From Escherichia phage vB_vPM_PD112: a stretch of DNA of 64,000 nucleotides. A program made the position numbers and the translations under genes. Location of the stretch: sequence record NC_054928.1. One strand, 5' to 3'. Numbering within the stretch: position 1 is the first letter of the stretch; every line of letters starts with the position of its first letter. The notes beneath the pieces are model-generated. The model saw only the letters and a program-made list of their open reading frames with translations, was not told the origin of the DNA and did no database searches. This document shows positions 14,332 through 25,275 of the stretch, in pieces.

Positions 14332-15462
14332 TTATGGATAGGTATAGATGATACCAGTTTCTAAAGCAGTTTTATGAATGATGTATCCATTACGCGATTC
14401 TTGAACATCAACTTCTGGATAGTCTTTCATCATCTTCTGAAGAGTGTAACGATGCAAGTAGTACTTACTATCTGGGTCGTCAGTTTTCCAATCTTTACCT
14501 TCTTCAGTCATTTTTTGAATTTCATCCATAACCCACCAACCGCACCAGATGTAAGCTGAAGTACGATGTGGAAGAGGATGGACATAAGGCAATTCACCTT
14601 CTGGTTCTGGAGCAACTTTATCAGTTACCTGAACTTGACCTGTTGCTGTAATAGTTTTGCTATCATAATCAGCAGCAGTAACAGTTGCAGTAACTTCAAT
14701 AGTTTGACTTCCAACAGATGAGGTATCGACAGTATATACGTTAGTTGACCCTTCTACAGGAGAAGAATCTTTCTTCCATGAGTAAGTAATTTGTGCTGCG
14801 TCAGGTGCGCCAGTAACATTAGCAGTAAATGTAGCCGAAGCATCCTGCTGAACATTAATAGAAGGAGGAGTCAATGCAATCTGTGGATTCATTGTCTTCT
14901 TATTAACTGTCAATGATACTTCATTAGAAGTAACTTCTTTTGTATCATAATCTGTCGCTGTTACTTGAGCTACACACTTAATTTTTTTAACTCCGCTTGT
15001 AGTAGGAGTGTAATTGAATGTAGCACTAGTTGCTTCGCTCACAGGAGAATCATCTACATACCACTGATATGTGGCGTTTGCGCCCGATGGCTGCGAAGCT
15101 AAAGTAGCGGTAAATTCAACAGGAGTTCCAATTACTCCAGCAGCAGGACTAGCAGGAGTTACAGCTAAGGTAGTTGTCTGTGTCTTATTTTGAACTGTGA
15201 TAGTTGTAGAAGCTTCTGCTGTTTCGGGACTACTATCGGCAACTTGATTGGTTGCAACCACTTTAATAGTCTTTTGACCGGCAGGTCCTTTTAGTACATA
15301 ATTAAAGGTTGCTTCAGCTCCATCCTGTGGAACATTATCTACACTCCAAGCATAGGTAATAGTTCCACCTTCAGTTTGACCACTGGGTGCAGCAGTAAAC
15401 TGCTTGGTTTCATCAATAACCCCCGTTGGTGTTTTAGGAGTTATATCAACTGTAAAAGTCAT
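14332..15462 (-). CDS. hoc: Highly immunogenic outer capsid protein Hoc (Ig-like repeats)
   Basis: 376 aa, MTFTVDITPKTPTGVIDETKQFTAAPSGQTEGGTITYAWSVD... Confidence 0.9.
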   Translation of the reverse strand: MTFTVDITPKTPTGVIDETKQFTAAPSGQTEGGTITYAWSVDNVPQDGAEATFNYVLKGPAGQKTIKVVATNQVADSSPETAEASTTITVQNKTQTTTLAVTPASPAAGVIGTPVEFTATLASQPSGANATYQWYVDDSPVSEATSATFNYTPTTSGVKKIKCVAQVTATDYDTKEVTSNEVSLTVNKKTMNPQIALTPPSINVQQDASATFTANVTGAPDAAQITYSWKKDSSPVEGSTNVYTVDTSSVGSQTIEVTATVTAADYDSKTITATGQVQVTDKVAPEPEGELPYVHPLPHRTSAYIWCGWWVMDEIQKMTEEGKDWKTDDPDSKYYLHRYTLQKMMKDYPEVDVQESRNGYIIHKTALETGIIYTYP

Positions 15463-15471
15463 AAGTTATCC

Positions 15472-16152
15472 TTATTTTAATGTTACGAAAGAAGAATTAC
15501 GTGTTTCACGAATTAGAACTGATCCGTCACGGTTAATGTAGTAAATTAAGCTAAATAAAGTTTGGTGTGCCGACGCGTGTTCAAAACTAGTTGGGTGAGA
15601 TTTCCAATCCGGAGTTTCAGCAATCCATTGATAAATCCACCAAGGAACAGTACAGAATCCTGGATTTTTTCCAATCAACTGAAGATTCGGGCTAAAGTTT
15701 TCCGGAAGAGTAAATACAGACGGCTTTTCAGATTCAATAATCTCAGCTACAGCCTGCTCAAATTTTTCTTCAACAAAAGGAGTATCTTCAATCAAAACAT
15801 CGATATTTTCAGGAATTTTATCCGTTTCTACCACTTCAATTTTAATGTCAGATTTAACCGGAGAATCAATCAGAAGTGCTGCTTCTGGATTGACCTCTTC
15901 ATCGTCATATTTTAATCCCTCTGCAGCATCAGCAGCATTAATTAAGTCTTTAATAGATAACCCATCAGTCTCTGGCATAGGTTCACTAGCGAGCTTCTGG
16001 AGGGCTTCTTCAATATCAATAACGATATTATCAAAAGATTTATTCTTTTTGACCTTTATACCAAACTGTTCAGCATATTCAGCTAATTTAGCCTTAGCTT
16101 CTTTATTATCATCAAGAGCCTTCAGCTCTGCAATATAATCTTTATCTATCAT
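15472..16152 (-). CDS. inh: Inh (inhibitor of prohead protease)
   Basis: 226-aa ORF at the T4 inh position. Confidence 0.75.
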   Translation of the reverse strand: MIDKDYIAELKALDDNKEAKAKLAEYAEQFGIKVKKNKSFDNIVIDIEEALQKLASEPMPETDGLSIKDLINAADAAEGLKYDDEEVNPEAALLIDSPVKSDIKIEVVETDKIPENIDVLIEDTPFVEEKFEQAVAEIIESEKPSVFTLPENFSPNLQLIGKNPGFCTVPWWIYQWIAETPDWKSHPTSFEHASAHQTLFSLIYYINRDGSVLIRETRNSSFVTLK

Positions 16153-16165
16153 AATATTTCCTCAG

Positions 16166-16173
16166 TATAAATA
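16166..16173 (+). promoter_or_regulatory. Late promoter box TATAAATA upstream of uvsW
   Basis: Exact TATAAATA about 30 nt before the uvsW ATG. Confidence 0.5.
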
Positions 16174-16202
16174 TAGATATATTTATTACATGGTATTTAG
16201 AC

Positions 16203-17714
16203 ATGACTGACATTAAAGTACATTTTTATGATTTTAGTCACGTGAGAATTGATTGTGAAGAAAGTACATTTCATGAACTCCGTGATTTCTTTAGCTTTGA
16301 AGCTGATGGGTATCGTTTTAATCCTCGCTTCAGATATGGCAACTGGGATGGACGAATCCGTCTTTTAGATTATAATCGTCTTCTTCCATTCGGCTTAGTC
16401 GGGCAAATTAAAAAGTTCTGTGATAACTTTGGCTATAAAGCCTGGATTGACCCGCAAATTAACGAAAAAGAAGAATTATCAAGAAAAGATTTTGATGAAT
16501 GGCTTTCTAAGTTAGAAATCTATTCAGGAAATAAAAGAATTGAACCACACTGGTATCAAAAAGATGCAGTGTTCGAAGGATTAGTTAATCGTCGTAGAAT
16601 TCTTAATCTTCCAACATCCGCAGGTAAATCTTTAATTCAAGCTTTGCTTGCACGTTATTATTTGGAAAATTATGAAGGTAAAATTCTTATCATTGTTCCA
16701 ACAACTGCTCTGACAACTCAGATGGCTGATGACTTTGTTGACTATCGTTTATTCAGTCATGCAATGATAAAGAAAATCGGTGGTGGAGCATCAAAAGATG
16801 ATAAATATAAAAATGATGCACCGGTAATTGTTGGTACATGGCAAACTGTAGTAAAACAACCAAAAGAATGGTTCTCACAGTTTGGAATGATGATGAATGA
16901 TGAATGCCATCTTGCTACAGGAAAAAGTATTTCATCTATCATATCAGGTTTAAATAACTGCATGTTCAAATTCGGTTTGTCTGGTTCATTACGTGATGGC
17001 AAAGCCAATATCATGCAGTATGTTGGAATGTTTGGTGAAATATTTAAGCCAGTAACGACTTCTAAGTTAATGGAAGATGGACAAGTAACTGAGCTAAAAA
17101 TTAATAGTATTTTTCTTCGCTATCCCGATGAGTTCACTGCTAAATTAAAGGGAAAAACTTACCAAGAAGAAATAAAAATTATTACTGGGCTCAGTAAAAG
17201 AAATAAATGGATCGCTAAATTAGCTATTAAACTTGCGCAAAAAGATGAAAACGCTTTTGTCATGTTTAAGCATGTATCACATGGTAAAGCTATTTTCGAT
17301 TTAATTAAAAATGAATACGATAAAGTTTATTACGTATCAGGGGAAGTTGATACTGAAACACGCAACGTAATGAAAACTTTAGCTGAAAACGGTAAAGGAA
17401 TAATTATAGTAGCTAGTTATGGTGTATTTTCTACTGGTATTTCAGTTAAAAATCTGCATCATGTTGTTTTAGCGCACGGCGTTAAATCAAAAATCATTGT
17501 ATTACAAACAATCGGTCGTGTATTACGTAAGCATGGTTCTAAAACAATCGCAACGGTCTGGGACCTCATAGATGACGCGGGCGTTAGACCAAAATCTGCT
17601 AATACGAAAAAGAAATACGTTCATTTGAACTATCTTTTAAAACACGGCATTGATCGTATTCAGCGCTACGCAGATGAAAAATTTAATTACGTAATGAAAA
17701 CAGTTAATTTATAA
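16203..17714 (+). CDS. uvsW: UvsW DNA/RNA helicase (SF2, DECH box)
   Basis: 503 aa; Walker A PTSAGKS, DECH motif MMMNDECHLATG. Confidence 0.9.
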   Translation: MTDIKVHFYDFSHVRIDCEESTFHELRDFFSFEADGYRFNPRFRYGNWDGRIRLLDYNRLLPFGLVGQIKKFCDNFGYKAWIDPQINEKEELSRKDFDEWLSKLEIYSGNKRIEPHWYQKDAVFEGLVNRRRILNLPTSAGKSLIQALLARYYLENYEGKILIIVPTTALTTQMADDFVDYRLFSHAMIKKIGGGASKDDKYKNDAPVIVGTWQTVVKQPKEWFSQFGMMMNDECHLATGKSISSIISGLNNCMFKFGLSGSLRDGKANIMQYVGMFGEIFKPVTTSKLMEDGQVTELKINSIFLRYPDEFTAKLKGKTYQEEIKIITGLSKRNKWIAKLAIKLAQKDENAFVMFKHVSHGKAIFDLIKNEYDKVYYVSGEVDTETRNVMKTLAENGKGIIIVASYGVFSTGISVKNLHHVVLAHGVKSKIIVLQTIGRVLRKHGSKTIATVWDLIDDAGVRPKSANTKKKYVHLNYLLKHGIDRIQRYADEKFNYVMKTVNL

Positions 17715-17729
17715 GGGCTTCGGCCCTTT
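17715..17729 (+). terminator. Stem-loop GGGC-UUCG-GCCC plus UUU after uvsW
   Basis: Inverted repeat with UUCG loop. Confidence 0.45.
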
Positions 17730-17739
17730 GGAGAAAAAG

Positions 17740-17970
17740 ATGTTACTAGGATTTAAACAATTTCTTTATGAAGCTTCTATTGATGAATTTATGGGTAAAA
17801 TTGCCTCTTGTCAAACATTAGAAGGTTTAGAAGAACTTGAAGCTTATTATAAGAAAAGAGTTAAAGAAACTGAATTAAAAGATACTGATGACATCTCTGT
17901 GAGAGATGCTTTGGCAGGAAAAAGAGCTGAATTAGAAGATTCAGACGATGAAGTAGAAGAAAGCTTTTAA
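17740..17970 (+). CDS. uvsW.1: UvsW.1 small acidic protein
   Basis: 76 aa from ATG 17740 (MLLGFKQFLYEASIDEF...); ORF track began at an upstream TTG. Confidence 0.75.
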   Translation: MLLGFKQFLYEASIDEFMGKIASCQTLEGLEELEAYYKKRVKETELKDTDDISVRDALAGKRAELEDSDDEVEESF

Positions 17971-18025
17971 ATTAAAAAAGGCCCAACCAAAAAGGAAGGG
18001 CCAAAACTATAGACTAAAGGTCACA

Positions 18026-18193
18026 CTATAGCAAAAGTTGTGTTTCATTTAATTGTTCTTCCGAACTTTCTGAAACTGGTAGTTCTTTGATGTAATTATA
18101 GCAAGGCCCAGGATGTACAGGACCTTTGTCTGTTTCAACAACCAATGCAGAATCGATTGGAGTTTTACAGACAACACAAATCTTATCTGACAT
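18026..18193 (-). CDS. Small Cys-containing hypothetical protein (T4 uvsY.-1-like)
   Basis: ORF under the 60-aa track cutoff: MSDKICVVCKTPIDSALVVETDKGPVHPGPCYNYIKELPVSESSEEQLNETQLLL, preceded by GAGGAGACAATC. Confidence 0.5.
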   Translation of the reverse strand: MSDKICVVCKTPIDSALVVETDKGPVHPGPCYNYIKELPVSESSEEQLNETQLLL

Positions 18194-18221
18194 GATTGTC
18201 TCCTCTAAATTATATATCTAT

Positions 18222-18446
18222 TTATATAACTCTCATATGCATATCAATGCCCATATCTTTAGAATAAAAATATTCATCAAGATATCCGGCAAATTTTCCT
18301 TTAATATAAAGTACATCTTCACCGCATGGGTGGTCGGCCAGGATACGAATATCCTGACGCTTGAGATTATACTTTTTCATTAAGAATTGAATTTCCGTTT
18401 CGAATTCTTCTTCATAATTAAAAGCATCATCAATGCTATATTTCAT
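18222..18446 (-). CDS. Hypothetical protein (T4 uvsY.-2-like)
   Basis: 74-aa ORF. Confidence 0.6.
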   Translation of the reverse strand: MKYSIDDAFNYEEEFETEIQFLMKKYNLKRQDIRILADHPCGEDVLYIKGKFAGYLDEYFYSKDMGIDMHMRVI

Positions 18447-18859
18447 TATTTTCCAGCCTCAAATGCTCGCATGTCTTGAATATGCTTAATAGCAAATCCA
18501 CGTGATTTAATAGCATCAAGAGCTCCGCTACAGAAATCCAATAAAATTCCCCAATATTGCAATGAAGTATCAACTTTTAAAACGTCCTTATCAGCTGATA
18601 GAACTGTCTTCATTTCTGATTTTTCATAACGATCCATACTAAATTCATCACCATCTCCTCGTCCCGAGTAGTAGTCTAATCTAGCTTTAAGAGCAACTTT
18701 TTTCTGTGCTTCAATTCTAAGCATTTCCTTTTTAATACTTGAATGCTTATTAAGCCATTTACTATATAACATCACATTATTAGCTGCTTCATACTGTAAT
18801 TTAGTCGAATCTATAAACACATCTTTCTTCAATTCTTCTTGAAGATCTTCTAATCTCAT
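18446..18859 (-). CDS. uvsY: UvsY recombination mediator
   Basis: 137 aa, MRLEDLQEELKKDVFIDSTKLQYEAANNVMLYSKWLNKH... Confidence 0.92.
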   Translation of the reverse strand: MRLEDLQEELKKDVFIDSTKLQYEAANNVMLYSKWLNKHSSIKKEMLRIEAQKKVALKARLDYYSGRGDGDEFSMDRYEKSEMKTVLSADKDVLKVDTSLQYWGILLDFCSGALDAIKSRGFAIKHIQDMRAFEAGK

Positions 18860-18925
18860 ATTGTTCTCTATTCAATTGTTATTGGATGGACTTAGATTCA
18901 TTATACCACGTTTACACGTGAAGCA

Positions 18926-19324
18926 TTATACTCTATTACTGGAAGCCAATTGTAGTTTTATCTGTTCAATATCATCAGGGTTATCGATGACCGAAAAGCG
19001 TATTTCTACTATCAGAGTATAATCATCATAAACTGGTATTACATTAACTGCTAATTTATCAATACGTGGCTCGTAGTTTCTTACTGCGCTTTCAATGTTA
19101 CGCTCAACAGTATCAGCAGTAAGAGGAGTCATATTCTCAAAAAGCTGATCAGATAAATCGCATCCAAATTCTGGGTCAAATGGCCTTGACCCTTTCCTGG
19201 TTGTAATAATTCCTAAAAGACTATTTTTAATTGACCTTAATCCAAGAGATCTGGAAACGTCTTTGTCCCAATCCATTTTCATTTCTGGGTCAATGTCAGA
19301 ATAAAGCTTATTAATATTTGCCAT
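18926..19324 (-). CDS. 25: Baseplate wedge protein gp25
   Basis: 132 aa, [55 protein letters not shown]... Confidence 0.92.
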   Translation of the reverse strand: MANINKLYSDIDPEMKMDWDKDVSRSLGLRSIKNSLLGIITTRKGSRPFDPEFGCDLSDQLFENMTPLTADTVERNIESAVRNYEPRIDKLAVNVIPVYDDYTLIVEIRFSVIDNPDDIEQIKLQLASSNRV

Positions 19325-19950
19325 TACAATAGCTCAAAGAATTCTTTGAGTCCTCTTATTACATGAGCGTGAGATTTTCCACACTCTGGACACTTAATTG
19401 GAACAGCCAAATAAACAGTAGGCTTTAAAAGCATATCTTTTATAGCTACAATATCTGACTCTGTGATGATAGAATATAAATCTTCCAGTTCCTTTTCATT
19501 TAAGTCTTCAACTGGAATGCTTTCCCCGTTAGCATGAATCGTTTCTATGCATGATACTATCATGTGGGCTATATTTTTATCATCAAAAATTTTAGGGTAA
19601 TGGAACTTAATTTTAATGTCACCCAGTGTATACCAGAGGTCTTCTGGTGCATCTATTTGTGTATGTAATAGATTTATATGGGTTGGTATTTCAGTTCCAC
19701 AGGTGCACTTCCAGGAGTTTTCGTGATTAACTTCTCCAAGAGAATGTGCCCATAAATGAATCAGCAGTAGTTCTGATTCTTGGCGGTTTAAATCTTTTGC
19801 ATTTGTGCAGTCTTTGATTAGCTTTTTAACAATCTCTTCTACTGAACCGTTCTTTTTAGCAGTAATAAGTTCTAGATATTCTTTAAGAGTAAATGCGCGA
19901 CAGTTGATTATTTTAGAACCAACTCTCACGTCAAATTTGTATTCATACAT
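19324..19950 (-). CDS. 26: Baseplate hub protein gp26
   Basis: 208-aa ORF at the T4 gene 26 position. Confidence 0.8.
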   Translation of the reverse strand: MYEYKFDVRVGSKIINCRAFTLKEYLELITAKKNGSVEEIVKKLIKDCTNAKDLNRQESELLLIHLWAHSLGEVNHENSWKCTCGTEIPTHINLLHTQIDAPEDLWYTLGDIKIKFHYPKIFDDKNIAHMIVSCIETIHANGESIPVEDLNEKELEDLYSIITESDIVAIKDMLLKPTVYLAVPIKCPECGKSHAHVIRGLKEFFELL

Positions 19951-19975
19951 ATTTAGCTCCTTTATTTATCATATT

Positions 19976-19983
19976 TATAAATA
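19976..19983 (+). promoter_or_regulatory. Late promoter box TATAAATA upstream of gene 51
   Basis: Exact TATAAATA, followed by AAAGGAG SD and ATG 20001. Confidence 0.6.
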
Positions 19984-20000
19984 GAATAAAAGGAGCATCT

Positions 20001-20750
20001 ATGGCAAACATTATTCGTTGTAAATTACCAGATGGTGTTCATCGTTTTAAACCATTTACGGTAGAAGATTATCGAGATTTTTTGTTAGTTCGAAACGATA
20101 TAGAACATCGGTCACCACAAGAACAAAAAGAAATAATTGCTGATTTAATTGCCGATTATTTTGGAGACTATCCGAAGACTTGGCAACCATTTATATTTTT
20201 ACAGGTATTTGTAGGGTCAATAGGTAAAACTAAAGTACCGGTCACATTTGTATGTCCAAAATGTAAAAAAGAAAAGACAGTTCCATTTGAAATATATCAA
20301 AAAGAATTAAAGGAACCTGTTTTTGATGTAGCTAATGTTAAAATTAAATTAAAGTTTCCTTCTGAGTTTTATGAAAATAAAGCAAAGATGATTACTGAAA
20401 ATATTCATTCTGTTCAAGTAGATGAAATGTGGTATGATTGGAAGGAAATTAGCGAATCAAGTCAAATAGAACTTGTTGATGCCATCGAGATAGAAACATT
20501 AGAAAAAATTCTCGATGCAATGAATCCTATTAATTTAACATTGCATATGTCATGCTGTAATAAGTATGTAAAAAAATACACTGATATAGTAGATGTGTTT
20601 AAGCTATTAGTTAACCCAGATGAAATATTTACTTTTTATCAAATCAATCACACGCTCGTAAAAAGTAATTATAGTTTAAATTCAATAATGAAAATGATTC
20701 CTGCTGAGCGCGGATTCGTATTAAAACTGATTGAGAAGGATAAACAATAA
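20001..20750 (+). CDS. 51: Baseplate hub assembly catalyst gp51
   Basis: 249-aa ORF at the T4 gene 51 position. Confidence 0.8.
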   Translation: MANIIRCKLPDGVHRFKPFTVEDYRDFLLVRNDIEHRSPQEQKEIIADLIADYFGDYPKTWQPFIFLQVFVGSIGKTKVPVTFVCPKCKKEKTVPFEIYQKELKEPVFDVANVKIKLKFPSEFYENKAKMITENIHSVQVDEMWYDWKEISESSQIELVDAIEIETLEKILDAMNPINLTLHMSCCNKYVKKYTDIVDVFKLLVNPDEIFTFYQINHTLVKSNYSLNSIMKMIPAERGFVLKLIEKDKQ

Positions 20751-21925
20751 TGAGTATGTTGCAACGCCCAGGATATCCAAATCTCAGCGTTAAATTATTT
20801 GATAGCTACGACGCTTGGAGTAATAATAGATTTGTTGAATTAGCTGCTACTATTACCACATTAACTATGCGGGATTCTCTTTATGGCCGAAATGAAGGAA
20901 TGCTGCAGTTTTATGATTCTAAAAACATTCATACAAAAATGGATGGAAATGAAATAATTCAGATTTCTGTAGCTAATGCAAACGATATTAATAATGTTAA
21001 AACACGAATTTATGGATGTAAGCATTTTTCCGTGTCAGTAGATTCAAAGGGTGATAACATCATTGCTATTGAATTGGGAACTATTCATTCCATAGAAAAT
21101 CTTAAATTTGGCAGACCGTTTTTCTCTGATGCAGGTGAATCTATAAAGGAAATGCTTGGTGTCATTTATCAAGATCGCACATTATTAACTCCAGCAATAA
21201 ATGCTATAAATGCTTATGTTCCTGATATTCCGTGGACTAGCACATTTGAAAACTATTTGTCATATGTTAGAGAAGTTGCTCTAGCTGTAGGAAGTGACAA
21301 ATTTGTATTTGTATGGCAAGACATCATGGGAGTTAACATGATGGACTATGATATGATGATAAATCAAGAACCGTATCCAATGATTGTCGGTGAGCCATCT
21401 TTAATAGGTCAATTCATCCAAGAATTAAAATATCCATTAGCATATGATTTCGTTTGGTTGACTAAATCGAATCCTCACAAACGTGACCCAATGAAAAACG
21501 CTACTATCTATGCGCATTCATTTTTAGATTCTTCATTGCCAATGATTACTACAGGAAAGGGTGAAAACTCTATTGTAGTGTCAAGGTCAGGTGCTTATTC
21601 TGAAATGACTTATAGGAATGGATATGAAGAAGCTATTCGTCTTCAAACTATGGCGCAATATGACGGCTATGCTAAATGTTCTACTGTCGGTAATTTTAAC
21701 TTGACACCTGGCGTTAAAATTATTTTTAATGATAGTAAAAACCAATTTAAAACGGAATTTTACGTTGATGAAGTCATCCATGAATTATCCAATAATAATT
21801 CAGTAACTCATCTATATATGTTCACTAATGCAACGAAACTGGAAACAATAGACCCAGTTAAGGTTAAAAATGAATTTAAATCTGATACTACCACTGAAGA
21901 AAGTAGTTCTTCCAATAAGCAATAA
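20750..21925 (+). CDS. 27: Baseplate hub protein gp27
   Basis: 391 aa, [50 protein letters not shown]... Confidence 0.9.
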   Translation: MSMLQRPGYPNLSVKLFDSYDAWSNNRFVELAATITTLTMRDSLYGRNEGMLQFYDSKNIHTKMDGNEIIQISVANANDINNVKTRIYGCKHFSVSVDSKGDNIIAIELGTIHSIENLKFGRPFFSDAGESIKEMLGVIYQDRTLLTPAINAINAYVPDIPWTSTFENYLSYVREVALAVGSDKFVFVWQDIMGVNMMDYDMMINQEPYPMIVGEPSLIGQFIQELKYPLAYDFVWLTKSNPHKRDPMKNATIYAHSFLDSSLPMITTGKGENSIVVSRSGAYSEMTYRNGYEEAIRLQTMAQYDGYAKCSTVGNFNLTPGVKIIFNDSKNQFKTEFYVDEVIHELSNNNSVTHLYMFTNATKLETIDPVKVKNEFKSDTTTEESSSSNKQ

Positions 21926-22403
21926 AGAAGTTTCTATTCCTAAAATGGGTCTTAAACACTATAACATTTTAAAAGATGTTAAAGGTCCTGATGAAAATTT
22001 AAAACTTCTTATTGATTCTATTTGTCCGAATTTATCACCGGCAGAAGTTGATTTCGTTTCTATTCATTTATTGGAATTTAATGGAAAGATTAAATCTCGT
22101 AAAGCAATAGATGGTTATACTTATGACATTAATGATATTTATGTATGCCAAAGATTAGAATTTCAATACCAAGGAAATACATTTTATTTTAGACCTCCTG
22201 GAAAATTTGAACAATTTTTAACTGTGAGCGATATGTTATCCAAATGCTTGCTTAAGGTCAATGATGAAGTTAAAGAAATTAATTTTCTTGAGATGCCAGC
22301 ATTCGTTTTAAAATGGGCAAATGACATTTTTACAACTTTAGCAATTCCTGGCCCTAATGGTCCAATAACCGGAATTGGCAATATTATTGGATTATTTGAA
22401 TGA
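21870..22403 (+). CDS. 28: Baseplate hub protein gp28
   Basis: 177-aa ORF overlapping the 3' end of gene 27 in another frame. Confidence 0.75.
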   Translation: MNLNLILPLKKVVLPISNKEVSIPKMGLKHYNILKDVKGPDENLKLLIDSICPNLSPAEVDFVSIHLLEFNGKIKSRKAIDGYTYDINDIYVCQRLEFQYQGNTFYFRPPGKFEQFLTVSDMLSKCLLKVNDEVKEINFLEMPAFVLKWANDIFTTLAIPGPNGPITGIGNIIGLFE

Positions 22404-24172
22404 AAAAGCCACAAGAAATGCAAACGATGCGTAGAAAAGTTATTTCAGATAATAAACCAACACAGGAAGCGGCTAAATCCGCTTCTAACACTTTATCTGG
22501 ACTTAACGATATATCTACGAAATTGGATGATGCTCAAGCTGCTTCTGAATTAATTGCTCAAACTGTCGAAGAAAAATCGAATGAAATAATTGGAGCAATT
22601 GACAATGTAGAAAGCGCAGTGAGTGATACTACTGCTGGTTCTGAGTTAATTGCTGAAACTGTCGAAATTGGCAATAATATTAATAAAGAAATCGGTGAAT
22701 CGCTCGGGAGCAAATTAGATAAATTAACAAGTTTACTCGAGCAAAAAATCCAGACAGCCGGAATTCAACAAACAGGAACTAGTTTAGCTACGGTTGAAAG
22801 CGCTATTCCTGTTAAAGTTGTTGAGGACGATACAGCTGAATCTGTGGGTCCTTTATTACCGGCTCCTGAAGCAGTTAATAATGATCCTGATGCTGATTTT
22901 TTCCCTACCCCTCAGCCAGTTGAACCTAAACAAGAATCGCCAGAAGAAAAACAGAAAAAAGACGCATTTAACTTAAAATTATCTCAAGCTTTAGATAAAT
23001 TAACAAAGACTGTTGATTTCGGATTTAAGAAATCTATTTCAATTACTGATAAAATATCAAGCATGCTATTTAAGTATACCGTCAGTGCTGCTATTGAAGC
23101 TGCTAAAATGACTGCAATGATATTGGCTGTTGTTGTTGGAATAGACCTGTTGATGGTTCATTTCAAATATTGGTCAGATAAATTTTCACAGGCTTGGGAT
23201 TTGTTTAGTTCAAACTTTACTAAATTCTCTAGCGAAACCGGAACATGGGGTCCTTTATTACAGAGCATCTTTAGTTCTATTGATGAAATTAAAAAATTCT
23301 GGGAAGAGGGAGATTGGGGCGGTTTGACGGTAGCTATTGTAGAAGGGCTTGGAAAGGTTCTTTATAATTTAGGAGAACTTATTCAGCTTGGAATGGCTAA
23401 ATTATCTGCTGCAATTCTTCGAGTCATTCCTGGCATGAAGGATACCGCTGATGAAGTAGAAGGAAGAGCACTAGAAAATTTCCAAAATTCTACTGGAGCA
23501 TCTCTCAATAAAGAAGACCAGGAAAAAGTTGCAAATTATCAAGATAAACGAATGAACGGAGACCTTGGTCCGATAGCAAAAGGATTAGATAAAATTGCTA
23601 ATTGGAAAACTCGTGCATCTAACTGGATTCGTGGCGTTGATAATAAAGAAGCACTAACTACCGACGAAGAACGCGCAGCAGAAGAAGAAAAATTAAAGCA
23701 ACTTTCACCAGAAGAAAGAAAAAATGCTTTAATGAAGGCTAATGAAGCTCGGGCCGCGATGATTCGTTTTGAAAAATATGCTGATTCAGCTGATATGAGT
23801 AAAGACTCAACGGTTAAATCAGTTGAAGCTGCCTATGAAGACCTTAAAAAACGGATGGATGACCCGGATTTAAATAATTCACCGGCAGTTAAAAAAGAAC
23901 TTGCTGCTAGATTTTCTAAAATTGATGCTACTTATCAAGAGCTCAAGAAAAATCAGCCTAATGCCAAGCCTGAAACTTCTGCTAAATCGCCAGAAGCAAA
24001 ACAAGTCCAGGTAATAGAAAAGAACAAAGCACAGCAAGCTCCTGTTCAACAAGCATCTCCTTCGATCAATAATACTAATAATGTTGTTAAGAAAAATACT
24101 GTCGTTCATAATATGACACCCGTAACGAGCACGACTGCTCCTGGTGTATTTGATGCGACCGGAGTTAATTAA
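22400..24172 (+). CDS. 29: Tail tube tape-measure / baseplate hub protein gp29
   Basis: 590-aa ORF at the T4 gene 29 position. Confidence 0.85.
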   Translation: MKKPQEMQTMRRKVISDNKPTQEAAKSASNTLSGLNDISTKLDDAQAASELIAQTVEEKSNEIIGAIDNVESAVSDTTAGSELIAETVEIGNNINKEIGESLGSKLDKLTSLLEQKIQTAGIQQTGTSLATVESAIPVKVVEDDTAESVGPLLPAPEAVNNDPDADFFPTPQPVEPKQESPEEKQKKDAFNLKLSQALDKLTKTVDFGFKKSISITDKISSMLFKYTVSAAIEAAKMTAMILAVVVGIDLLMVHFKYWSDKFSQAWDLFSSNFTKFSSETGTWGPLLQSIFSSIDEIKKFWEEGDWGGLTVAIVEGLGKVLYNLGELIQLGMAKLSAAILRVIPGMKDTADEVEGRALENFQNSTGASLNKEDQEKVANYQDKRMNGDLGPIAKGLDKIANWKTRASNWIRGVDNKEALTTDEERAAEEEKLKQLSPEERKNALMKANEARAAMIRFEKYADSADMSKDSTVKSVEAAYEDLKKRMDDPDLNNSPAVKKELAARFSKIDATYQELKKNQPNAKPETSAKSPEAKQVQVIEKNKAQQAPVQQASPSINNTNNVVKKNTVVHNMTPVTSTTAPGVFDATGVN

Positions 24173-24180
24173 GGAATAAT

Positions 24181-25275
24181 ATGGCAATTGTTAAAGAAAT
24201 AACTGCTGATTTAATTAAAAAGTCCGGTGAGAAAATTTCAGCCGGACAGAGTACTAAATCAGAAGTAGCAACTAAAACATACACTGCCCAGTTTCCAACT
24301 GGGCGTGCTAGTGGTAATGACACTACAGGGGACTTCCAGGTAACAGATCTATATAAGAATGGATTATTATTTACTGCATACAATATGTCATCTAGGGATT
24401 CTGGAAGTCTTAGATCGATGAGATCTAACTACTCTTCTTCATCTTCGAGTATTTTAAGTACAGCTAGAAACACTATTAGTAGTACAGTATCAAAACTATC
24501 AAATGGATTAATATCAAACAATAATTCAGGAACAATAAGTAAAGCTCCTGTCGCAAACATTCTTTTACCGAGATCTAAATCTGATGTTGATACATCATCA
24601 CATAGATTTAATGATGTTCAAGAAAGTCTTATCAGCAGAGGCGGAGGTACTGCTACTGGCGTGCTAAGTAATATTGCTTCAACTGCAGTATTTGGGGCAC
24701 TGGAAAGTATAACACAAGGTATAATGGCTGATAATAATGAACAGATTTATACGACAGCTAGAAGTATGTATGGCGGTGCTGAGAATAGAACTAAAGTGTT
24801 TACATGGGATTTGACGCCACGTTCAACAGAAGATTTAATGGCTATTATTAATATCTATCAATATTTTAACTATTTTTCTTATGGTGAAACGGGCAAATCT
24901 CAATATGCTGCTGAAATAAAGGGGTATTTAGATGATTGGTATCGTTCTACGTTAATTGAACCTTTATCTCCGGAAGACGCAGCTAAAAATAAAACACTAT
25001 TTGAGAAAATGACAGCAAGTTTAACGAACGTTCTAGTAGTTTCAAACCCGACAGTTTGGATGGTGAAAAACTTTGGTGCAACATCTAAGTTTGATGGAAA
25101 AACGGAAATATTTGGTCCATGCCAAATACAGAGTATCAGATTTGATAAAACACCTAATGGTAACTTTAACGGATTGGCTATTGCTCCAAACCTCCCTAGT
25201 ACATTTACTCTCGAGATTACTATGAGAGAAATTATCACGTTAAACCGTGCTTCTTTATATGCGGGGACTTTTTAA
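24181..25275 (+). CDS. 48: Baseplate-tail tube junction protein gp48
   Basis: 364-aa ORF at the T4 gene 48 position. Confidence 0.85.
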   Translation: MAIVKEITADLIKKSGEKISAGQSTKSEVATKTYTAQFPTGRASGNDTTGDFQVTDLYKNGLLFTAYNMSSRDSGSLRSMRSNYSSSSSSILSTARNTISSTVSKLSNGLISNNNSGTISKAPVANILLPRSKSDVDTSSHRFNDVQESLISRGGGTATGVLSNIASTAVFGALESITQGIMADNNEQIYTTARSMYGGAENRTKVFTWDLTPRSTEDLMAIINIYQYFNYFSYGETGKSQYAAEIKGYLDDWYRSTLIEPLSPEDAAKNKTLFEKMTASLTNVLVVSNPTVWMVKNFGATSKFDGKTEIFGPCQIQSIRFDKTPNGNFNGLAIAPNLPSTFTLEITMREIITLNRASLYAGTF